Shown here in pieces: positions 1 to 9,595 of a stretch of DNA of 64,000 nucleotides (positions within the stretch are counted from its first letter, which is position 1; every line of letters starts with the position of its first letter). The notes below the pieces were generated by a model, which was not told where the DNA came from, searched no databases, and saw nothing but the letters and a program-made list of their open reading frames with translations. Position numbers and translations under genes: made by a program. Source of the DNA: Macrostomum lignano (lineage: Eukaryota); contig NIVC01003079.1 in the NCBI GenBank assembly GCA_002269645.1, forward strand, positions 1 through 64,000. The letters run 5' to 3'.

Positions 1-623
1 CAGTTAGTGTGCCATCTATTGGTAGACGTTTCAGCAAATGTCTTCAATGTCTGCACAAGAAGGATATACTGTGGAGAGTATAGAATGTGCAGATGTCATT
101 CCCGCACTCGTGACGTGAGGAATACCATTGTTGGATGAGTCATCGTGCTGGAATGACAAAACGTGCAGGAATGCATTTCTTTGGCCTAATGCTTTTTCAG
201 TGAGATTGTCCATAGACATCATTCCTGCACGCAAGCGTACAAGAATACCATTCCTTCGCGGAGAATCAGCCGACAATTATTACGCGCACGAATTCTTAAA
301 TTGGTTGCTCCACAGACCCCCTTTTGGGCCATAGACGATTTAAAAGCCTGTCTTCAATGCTTGTTCTCCAACTAAGGACTAAGTGTACTATAGTAAACGC
401 CGTTTAATGAAGGTTAATATGTAAATAATAAACGCGTTTAATTCACATTCTGTGTTAGAATGTCCGAGGACCATTGGTTGCAGCCGAGGATATTCTAACC
501 ATAGACTATGATGAATTAAACGGTGTTTATCATATATGAAATTCGATTGCTTATTTTTGGGGCATCCCATCTGATTGATAGACACATAGGCTTAGGCCAT
601 TTGATTCCGACCATAGACAAATA

Positions 624-1935
624 CGAGGGGTGATCAAAAAGTTCTGCAACCTTTTGTTATAGCTTTTAGTTATAGAATCGGCAAAAGCCAAAAACTTACA
701 CATATGCGGCTATATCTGTTTGCTATATTTATATGCATTTTTGGCTTCCTAATGTGCTCCAGTCAAATTTCACAGCCATATATTTTCCATGTGTTTTCAG
801 TAGCTGATGGAAACATCAAAGACAGTGTTCGCTTCTATATCTTTATGCGCATGCAACTTGGTTGCAAAGTGACTGAGATTCATACCGATCCGGTGAATGT
901 TTTAGCTGACTCTGCTCCATCATTTGACACGGTTGCCCGCTGGCTGCGCCATTTCTTGGAAGGCTGGGACAGCTTCAACGATGAACCAAGGTCTGGCCGA
1001 CCCCGGACATCCGTGAACGAAGATGTCGTGGCCCATGCCGATGCAATAATTCGTGAGGATTGGAGCATTACGCTAAGATTAATTGCCTATGAGCTTGGTG
1101 TCAGCTATGGAAGTGCTCATAACATCATGCATGAGCGACTGGGCCGCACAAAGACCTGCGCTCGGTGGGTGCCCCATCTTCTCACTCCGGAGCAGCAAGC
1201 AGAGAGGGTGCACATCTGTCTCTTGTGGGTGCAAATGTTTAAGCCCCACGGCCCACGACGACTGTCGGATGTCATCACAGGAGACGAATGTTGGATCGCC
1301 TTATTTTACCATGAAGGATAAGCAGTCCAACATGGTCTGGCTGGCAGAAGATGAGCCAAGGTCTGAGGTGCTAAAGACCGGATTCCGCAGTTGGAAGCGG
1401 ATGTTTACCATTTTTTCAACTCTCAGTATCAGTAAAACATCCTTCCAATGGGTGCACAGTAACTGCCAGGTACTACACAGACACTGCTCTGCCAGGCGTG
1501 CTGCAGGAGCGGCAGGAACGTGCGCGAACCAGGCATGGACCTCGACTCCTGCTGCACCATGACAATGCGGCACCGCACAGAGCAGCCTCAACCATGGCGT
1601 ACCTGGAGCAGCAGGGGGTCCGGCTGCTGCCCCATCCACTCCACCCTACTCTCCAGACCTAGCATCATGCAACTTTTGGCTGTTCCCGAGGATAGAATCC
1701 GTCATTTCTGGAGGCCGTTTTCACACATACAAGACCTTGCCCAGGCGGTACATTCAGCTCTACAGGGTTTACCAACTTCGGAGTACCATGACTGCTTTCA
1801 GACATGGTGCATACGCATGCGACGGTGCATAGATAGTGGTGGAAAGTACTTTGAGGAAATGTGACACTGATTAGACGCCGTGGTTGCTGTAACAGAGTTG
1901 TGAGGTCACTTGCAGAACTTTTTTATCACCCCTCG
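624..1935 (+). mobile_element. Mariner (Tc1/mariner) DNA transposon, full length 1312 bp, non-autonomous
   Basis: 26-bp TIRs: CGAGGGGTGATCAAAAAGTTCTGCAA (624-649) and its reverse complement (1910-1935) with 1 mismatch. TA target-site duplication at 622-623 and 1936-1937. Encloses a mariner transposase remnant. Confidence 0.95.
807..1864 (+). pseudogene. Frameshifted mariner transposase
   Basis: Motifs are spread over different frames: HTH region with RSGRP, WVPHLL, TGDECW, HDNAAPH and YSPDLASCNFWLF. The C-terminus is RCIDSGGKYFE. Several frameshifts; the third catalytic D appears as N. Confidence 0.92.
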
Positions 1936-2039
1936 TAAACTTCAATGTTCCGATGTTCACTTCAATGTTCCATATAAGGCTCCTGATTTCGAGGAGATTA
2001 TATGATATAATATCCTAGTTTCTGTCAAATAATCTCACC

Positions 2040-2230
2040 TTAAACCACTTTAAAGCTCACTTTCAGGGAGGTTATTGACATAGATTTTATTTTGCAGGAT
2101 TTAATCGATTACTTTCCTGGACATATTGCAAGGATTATTGTATGTATCTAAATATGCGAGCTTCTCTCTTCTCTTCCTTCGTGACTCGAGAAATTTCTTA
2201 ATGAAAATTTGTCTATGGTAAGAATGTGGG
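2040..2230. repeat. ~190-bp dispersed direct repeat, copy 1 (copy 2 at ~4595-4785)
   Basis: TAAACCACTTTAAAGCTCACTTTCAGGGAGG...TTGTCTATGGTAAGAATGTGGGG is near-identical at both loci. Confidence 0.9.
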
Positions 2231-2589
2231 GCTTCGCCCCCACACCCCCAGCAGGGGCTTCGCCCCCACACCCCCATCCCCAACTTCAACCATAGACATA
2301 CAAGTATGGCTCCGGGATTTATCTGAATTCATCCCGCAAAATTAAAGTAGTTTAAATAAGATATTCTATGGTTTTTTACCGACCTCAAACCCATAGAATA
2401 TCTTATACATAAATTACCATGGACAACACATTCCCGGCTCAGAATAGTACAATTTTTAACGATTAAATAAGCAATCGTAGTTTATGAAGCGAGAATTTTA
2501 GTAAATGACCAAGGTCACGAATACGTGTATATTTGCTAAATTGACTGAAGTGTCTATGCCATGTTTGTACATGTTTGTTTGAGGTCAGT

Positions 2590-3341
2590 CCGTAGTCTAT
2601 GGTAAAAAGTATTTAACTTTTGAGGAGAATTAAATGTTTTAATGCTCCTGATATTATACTTTTTTGCGATTGAATTCGTCCAAACTGCAAAACCTTTCGT
2701 CCACTAACGCTTTCTTAATGGGAGCTAAATTTAGATTATACCATAGACAACTGTGTTCACGCAAAACGGTTCATCCAGTTTGTAAAACATTTTGTCTAAA
2801 CCCTTCGTCCAAACAGCTAACAGCTAAACGGAGCGACTTTATTTGATATCACGAAATATTGAACAAAGAAAAAACAGTGTCTCTTATTAGAATCGTTTTG
2901 GCTGTCTTTCTCTTGATCCCAAGGATATTGGCCAGTTGTTTCCAATCGCGGCCTTCTTCAACAGCCAAGGCTAATCGCCTGCGGTCTTCGTTTGACACTG
3001 GATGGTAGGGGCCTCGGTTCATCTTCGACTGTTTTGCCGGGTTCAGAATGGAAGATATGCGTTGCTGTAGCTGTAGTGGTAGCAAAAGCGAACTGTCAAT
3101 TGGGTGTTAACTATGGTAGGAACAGTACACTCGGTCTCTAGTCTAGGGGACGAAATGTTTTACAAACTGGATGAACCGTTTTGCGTGAACACAGTTGTCT
3201 TGGTATGATCTAAATTTAGCTTCCATTAAGAAAGCATTTGTGGACGAAAGGTTTTGCAGTTTGGACGAATTCAATCGCAAAAAAAGTATATTAAATGATC
3301 TAATTCTCCTCAAAAGTAGCCACTTTTACCATAGACTACGG
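2590..3341. mobile_element. Foldback/MITE-like element with ~200-bp inverted arms enclosing a Tc1-like HTH fragment
   Basis: 2590-2793 is the reverse complement of ~3153-3341 with few mismatches. The core encodes MNRGPYHPVSNEDRRRLALAVEEGRDWKQLANILGIKRKTAKTIL (minus, 3022-2849). Confidence 0.8.
2849..3022 (-). pseudogene. Truncated Tc1/IS630-family transposase N-terminal helix-turn-helix
   Basis: The pattern Y..VS.EDR.RL..A...G.DW..LA..LGI.R.TA..I is typical of Tc1-type N-terminal HTH domains. No catalytic domain follows. Recognised by eye only. Confidence 0.55.
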
Positions 3342-4594
3342 TTTCCCGGCTCATAATGATAAAATTAACTAATCATTAAATAAGCAATATCTTATTTTAT
3401 ATTATACACTTACTTATGAGCCCCGTTGGTCTGAAAAGTGCTATTACTTCCCTAAGCTCGACCAGCTAACTAAAAAGTCACTGGCCGAAATCAAAGCAAA
3501 CAATGGGTTAGTTGGAACTCAACCCCGGATTAGCAGAGGATTCGTACCGAACAGAATGAGCAAACACTGTGTTCACCGCCGGGACTTAAACGTGTGTAAT
3601 CATAGAAAAAACCCGTTGCTACCCACCCACGAGGAATAAAAGTAAACATGGAAAGCAGCAGCACTAGAGAGTTCTGAACTTGCATTGGTTTATGGACTTA
3701 GGAAAATCCACCCGATGGTTTTGAATTTATCCTTTAACGTGAGAATACATGTGCACTGTGAGTGCATCTTGGAAAACCTCATACGAGCGTAGTTCCAAAA
3801 CATGAATAACAATGAATAACAATATTTTGTAAATATAAAATTCGATTTCTGAGTGGATCAATATTCATCTGATGTGACGAGCATGACATTAAAATATATT
3901 CATCTATGATGCATACTGTTACAGAGAATACTGCTACACACAGGGTCAGGTCATGTATGTCTAACATCAGCTGTAATGTAGTGCTAGTTGGTTTGCAGTT
4001 GGGCTTTGGGCACTGCCAAAAATCAAGTTGTTATTTTAAAGGACACAGTCGACTGGATCACCAATGCATGAAGGATAGCAGAGATGCGTTTGCATCTGTT
4101 TGCGTTAATTATTGTTTCCTGTTCTCTTCGATTTGTCGAAACTTGCAAGAAAGTCTAAAAAAATTCTTTTGAAAGTGGATGTGCGTGAGGGTGGGAACTT
4201 TTTTATGTTACCCAGTATGTACAATATTGCACGCGCAAGACGTGCTTCTCTCACACTGTCATATTGACTAGCTGCAACAGTGCAACTCAACGACAGACAA
4301 GAATTTGGTGCACGCTGACGAATCGATAAGCATCCATGATTAGTCGATGGTAATTTGCCCAGTACAACGGTTAAAAAGAGTTGAGGGACTGTTGAAAGAG
4401 CTGAATTGTGTCTTCATTCAACACTATGCTTCATTTGTTTCAAGTCCCCGACAACTGTATTGTACCATGACCTTTGTGCCTGCTGGGCACTTTTTCTTGC
4501 CTCTTAATGCCATAGACTACATTTAAGCCCGCTTGCAGGACTTTAATGCTTTAAACTTACTTTAATGCAAATTAGCGGGCAGTTATTGACATTT

Positions 4595-4785
4595 AAACCA
4601 CTTTAAAGCTCACTTTCAGGGAGGTTATTGACATAGATTTTATTTTGCCGGATTTGATCGATCACTTTCCTGGACATATTGCAAGGATTATTGTATGTAT
4701 CTAAATAAGCGAGCTTCTCTCTTCTCTTCCTTCGTGACTCGAGAAATTTCTTAATGAAATTTTGTCTATGGTAAGAATGTGGGGG
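4595..4785. repeat. ~190-bp dispersed direct repeat, copy 2
   Basis: Matches 2040-2230. Confidence 0.9.
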
Positions 4786-5020
4786 TTCGGCTCTCGGGAT
4801 TTAATCACATACCGACCTCAAACTCATAGAAAATCTTATATTTACCCCCGATTATTCTGCCCCACTTTGTCAAGTACACAAGTGTCTATGGCACAGTATA
4901 TGTTATTCCCCACTTGTTTTATTTATTTTGGTCCTAAGCGTCTGAAGACGATTACGACCATAGATAAGTTAAACAAGTGGGGAATGATGTATTTATCCCC
5001 CACTTGTCCCGGTCAAATAA

Positions 5021-5677
5021 GTCTATGGTCTAGTGTTGAATCATTTATTTGTCCGGGACGAATAAATATTTATTTGTCCCGGACGAAGAAACGATTTATT
5101 TGGAACTGACAACAACAACAAAAAGGCCACAAAAAGCAACTATGGTTGACACTAACGCTAATAGACTGATAGTCAATGACAGTAAAGCACTTTTTGTCTT
5201 CCTCACTCCATAGTGATCACGACGGTGTTATCATTTCTAGAAACTTCGATTCGCATTTTCTTCGCAGGAGCAGTAGAAACTGTCGTAGACCCTGTTGTCG
5301 GAGCGCCTCCAGCATCAGGAACAATGGTAACCGTCGTAGTCCCAGTTGTCGGAGCGCCTCCAGCATCACGAGCAGTGGCAACCGTCGGAGTCCTTGAGGT
5401 CGAAGCATCTGCAGCACCTACAGCAGAGCGGCTGATCTGCAGCTCATTTGCTTCTTCACTGACACTCCAACATAGCGCTCAAGAGCAGAGCTCGAATGGC
5501 CTGTGACGCGGCAAATGTCAGGCTTACACAGCATCAAACCATCGCTATCGCATCAAACTCGGGACTGTTCCGTTTCGATCAGAACCATAGACTGTTGAGC
5601 TATAGTTCTTTTTTTCCACAAGACCAAGCCAAGTTGTGGAAAAATACTATCTCTCCCGTTTATTCATTCGTCTATGG
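5021..5677 (-). mobile_element. Internally deleted Crypton-like (tyrosine recombinase) element
   Basis: Bounded by direct 8-bp repeats GTCTATGG (5021-5028, 5670-5677). The minus strand encodes DICRVTGHSSSALERY (YR TGH...Y catalytic motif). After a frameshift it encodes VSEEANELQISRS, a Thr/Ala-rich tail and PAKKMRIEVSRNDNTVVITME* (stop 5203-5205). Confidence 0.65.
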
Positions 5678-5975
5678 CCAGAACGACTTCAAACTCGTTT
5701 CTAAGGCCTAAAAGCTTTACTTTCAGGTCTAAAAGTAAAGCTTAGTGCTGCTTAATAATTCTTAGTAACAGTTACTATTTTTTCAATTCGCAAAATAAGG
5801 AGTTTTGGCCATAGACATTTTTTGGATTTCATTATTTCTTTTTTTGTCTTGTGTGCTGGTGTGCACCCCCGCAAGGGGCTCAACGCCCCTTGACCCCCCT
5901 TTCTTCTGACTTTGCCATAGACATTTTCAGTGGGCCGTGAAACCGACTGAATGCATTGGAGTGAATGGGATTTTA

Positions 5976-6926
5976 CCATAGACAGTCTCAGCGGCCCGTG
6001 AAATGCGGTTTCACGCCCGCTAACTATAACACTAGTATGGATGGGCCGTATCGGGCAGAAACGAGCTAACACTCCTCGGCGTTATAGCTCGTTTCTGCCC
6101 TCTGCAGCCCATCAATATTGGTTTAATAAACGGGAGAGATTATATACTTATTACTCAGTTCATGTCAAGTGAGAGGAAAGTTAAGATAAAATCCTGCAAC
6201 GTACTACCAACGACTTATCAAAATACTAAAATCACAATGAGTATTCCTGACGACTTACTTGACTTGACTCTGCCGGACATGGATTTTAATCTTGACGTGC
6301 TCATGGTGGCCGAAGGCGACAAACAACGTGATGGAGTGGTTTCGAGTCGGCATGCGTTGATGAACGAGTTGGAGTTGAATTTGCAACTGAATAAAGCGAC
6401 ACCTGAAAATACTAAAAAGAAGGCTGATTGGATCGTTAGCTTATTCAAGCATTGGCATGAGCAGAAGAAGACTGCTTGGTCAACGGGTGGTGGTCCATCG
6501 TTAATGGTCCTGAAAGATCTCTCGGAGATGACGAAGCAAGATCTGAATTATCTTCTATCTTATAGTCTGCCAGAGCCAGTCTTCTGCTGTCATTACTACC
6601 TCTGGAGGTACTACTGCTCCCTCTTCTAATGCTGATGCCCACCAAGGACAACAGTCAACTGGCACCGTTAACTCCGAGAGTCCTAGTCCTAAGAAGATGC
6701 GAATCGAGATCTGTGGCGAATCGAATAAGGTCACGATTACTTTCGATTAACAATGCTTGTTTTTTGAGAACTTAATGACGAAACTGCAGTTCTTCGTTCG
6801 TTCTTCGTTTCTTACACGTCATTTCGTTCAAACAGAAATTCTAAAGTACTCGGGCCAATAAATAATTTATTGGCCCGGCCAAATAAATTTTTTTCGCATC
6901 AAATAAATGCTTTTCTTAGTCTATGA
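5976..6926 (+). mobile_element. Internally deleted Crypton-like element (N-terminal domain plus C-terminal tail, catalytic core missing)
   Basis: ORF 6162-6629 contains TPENTKKKADWIVSLFKHW...DLSEMTKQDLNYLL, resembling the N-terminal core-binding region of Crypton/DUF3504 recombinases. Another frame ends PSPKKMRIEICGESNKVTITFD* (6748-6750), homologous to the tail of the 5021-5677 copy. Both copies share AATAAACGGGAGAGAT (6125-6140; rc 5649-5664). Element ends are approximate. Confidence 0.6.
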
Positions 6927-6953
6927 CCGGGCCTAACTGGGTAATAAATAATA

Positions 6954-7457
6954 TTGGTTTTGTCAGCCTAACTGAGAATAAAGCCATCCAAAGTGAGAAT
7001 CCTGCCTACGCTGACTGCGAAGGGCCTGGCTGCGTGCAGCCTTAGTCTATGGGCCATAGACAATAAATGACAAGCAAAGTGATAAAAAGCCATCCAATGT
7101 GAGAATCGATTGGTCTATGCGTCGTATTCTTTTATTTTTATACCTTCTGAGCCATATGACTAGCCAATAGCTTGAACGGAATAACGGAAACAGGAACACA
7201 CTGGATGATACAGTACAGTAAAGTAAAGAGTTAAAATCCTAGACCCATATGGCTCATAGACTAGGCTGGACGCAGCTAGGCCCTTCGTATTCAGCGTAGG
7301 CAGGATTCTCACATCGGATGTCTTTTTATCACTTTGCTTGTCCTTTATAGTCTATGGCCCATAGACTAAGGCTGCACGCAGCCAGGCCCTTCGCAGTCAG
7401 CGTAGGCAGGATTCTCACTTTGGATGGCTTTATTCTCAGTTAGGCTGACAAAACCAA
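6954..7457. mobile_element. MITE-like inverted-repeat element
   Basis: ~150-bp arms (6954-7107 vs ~7303-7457) are reverse complements. Flanked on both sides by TAATA. Each arm contains the palindrome GTCTATGG-N-CCATAGAC. Confidence 0.8.
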
Positions 7458-7742
7458 TAATACCCATGTTTTAAGGGCGTTAATTGGAAAATCAGAGGGG
7501 GTCGTAAGCAGCTAACGTCAAGCGACAGCCTCATTGGAAGTGTCGGCCAGTACACTTTGGAAGTAGCTTGGTGCTGGGGGAGCTGTGTGGCGGCTAGCCT
7601 AATGACTTTCACTCGTAGTCTATGACACCACTTTTGCTTTTACGCACCGCGCTACTCTATTTAGCCCACGGGCAAATTCAAATATAAAACCAACCGTGTT
7701 CCTTTAAGATTTGCCTTGCTCAGCAAGCCGCCAAAGCTGAGT

Positions 7743-8796
7743 GATTTCCCCTGAACTCTTGGATGGCTGAGCGATTCTCCCTGAACTCTTGGATGGCTGA
7801 GCGATTCCCCCTGAACTCTTGGATGGCTGAGCGATTCTCCCTGAACTCTTGGATGGCTGAGCGATTCTCCCTGAACTCTTGGATGGCTGAGCGATTCCCC
7901 CTGAACTCTTGGATGGCTGAGCTATTCCACCTGAACTCTTGGATGGCTGAGCGATTCTCCCTGAACTCTTGGATGGCTGAGCGATTCTCCCTGAACTCTT
8001 GGATGGCTGAGCGATTCTCCCTGAACTCTTGGATGGCTGAGCGATTCTCCCTGAACTCTTGGATGGCTGAGCGATTCTCCCTGAACTCTTGGATGGCTGA
8101 GCGATTCTCCCTGAACTCTTGGATGGCTGAGCGATTCCCCTGAACTCTTGGATGGCTGAGCGATTCTCCCTGAACTCTTGGATGGCTGAGCGATTCTCCC
8201 TGAACTCTTGGATGGCTGAGCGATTCTCCCTGAACTCTTGGATGGCTGAGCGATTCCCCCTGAAATCTTGGATGGCTGAGCGATTCTCCCTGAACTCTTG
8301 GATGGCTGAACGATTCTCCCTGAACTCTTGGATGGCTGAACGATTCTCCCTGAACTCTTGGATGGCTGAGCGATTCTCCCTGAACTCTTGGATGGCTGAG
8401 CGATTCCCCCTGAACTCTTGGATGGCTGAGCGATTCCCCTGAACTCTTGGATGGCTGAGCGATTCTCCCTGAACTCTTGGATGGCTGAGCGATTCCCCCT
8501 GAACTCTTGGATGGCTGAGCGATTCTCCCTGAACTCTTGGATGGCTGAGCGATTCTCCCTGAACTCTTGGATGGCTGAGCGATTCTCCCTGAACTCTTGG
8601 ATGGCTGAGCGATTCCCCCTGAACTCTTGGATGGCTGAGCGATTCCCCCTGAACTTGGGTGATTGAGCGATTTCCCCCTGAACTTGGGTGATTGAGCGAT
8701 TCCCCCTGAACTTGGGTGATTGAGCGATTTCCCCCTGAACTTGGGTGATTGAGCGATTTCCCCCTGAACTTGGGTGATTGAGCGATTTCCCCCTTC
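7743..8796. repeat. Minisatellite, 30-bp unit (GCGATTCTCCCTGAACTCTTGGATGGCTGA) ~30 copies, ending in ~5 copies of a 28-29-bp variant
   Basis: Direct tandem periodicity visible in the sequence. Confidence 0.97.
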
Positions 8797-9029
8797 ACTG
8801 GTCGCTAACTGGGCTTAATCAAGCAGAATTTTTTACCATATATTTTCAACTTCTCTACTATAGAACAATAGTGTGTTAAACATCTTGCAACCAAAATAAT
8901 CCAGATGTGAATCCTTGGAATCTTTAGACTAACTTGATAGAAACTTAATTTCCCCATGATTTGCCTTGGTGTAATTTGTCATTTAAAGCAAAGCTAGCGA
9001 AAACCCGAGCATAGACCTGCGAATCAGCT

Positions 9030-9595
9030 CATAAACACCTGAGCGCTTGTTCATAATCACCTCTTAAACACCTGAGCGCTTGTTCATAATCACCTCTTAA
9101 ACACCTGAGCGCTTGTTCATAATCACCTCTTAAACACCTGAGCGCTTGTTCATAATCACCTCTTAAACACCTGAGCGCTTGTTCATAATCACCTCTTAAA
9201 CACCTGAGCGCTTGTTCATAATCACCTCTTAAACACATGAGCGCTTGTTCATAATCACCTCTTAAACACCTGAGCGCTTGTTCATAATCACCTCTTAAAC
9301 ACCTGCGCCCTTGTTCAGAATCTCCTCATAGACACCTGCGCCCTTGTTCAGAATCTCCTCATAGACACCTGCGCCCTTGTTCAGAATCTCCTCATAGACA
9401 CCTGAGTGATTGTTCAGAATCTCCTCATAGACACCTGAGTGATTGTTCAGAATCTCCTCATAGACACCTGAGTGATTGTTCAGAATCTCCTCATAGACAC
9501 CTGAGTGATTGTTCAGAATTTCCTCATAGACACCTGAGTGATTGTTCAGAATTTCCTCATAGACACCTGAGTGATTGTTCAGAATCTCCTCATTC
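9030..9595. repeat. Minisatellite, 33-bp unit in three successive variant blocks
   Basis: AAACACCTGAGCGCTTGTTCATAATCACCTCTT x8, then GACACCTGCGCCCTTGTTCAGAATCTCCTCATA x3, then GACACCTGAGTGATTGTTCAGAATCTCCTCATA x6. Confidence 0.95.

Noticed and set aside
3415-3640. Open frame EPRWSEKCYYFPKLDQL... between motif sites, and ORFs at 31-334
   Set aside because: May be TE protein remnants, but I cannot assign them to any family without a search.
7704-8798. 364-aa ORF and companion ORFs over the 30-bp array (likewise ORFs at 9029-9609, 12724-12915, 13611-14279, 15173-16214, 27085-27946, 50462-51324, 53586-53825, 61238-62140)
   Set aside because: These are stop-free readings of tandem repeats, open in several frames and on both strands, with no splice or domain support.
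7743-9595. Possible CRISPR arrays (30-33 bp periodicity)
   Set aside because: Units are contiguous with no unique spacers, there are no cas genes, and the context is eukaryotic.
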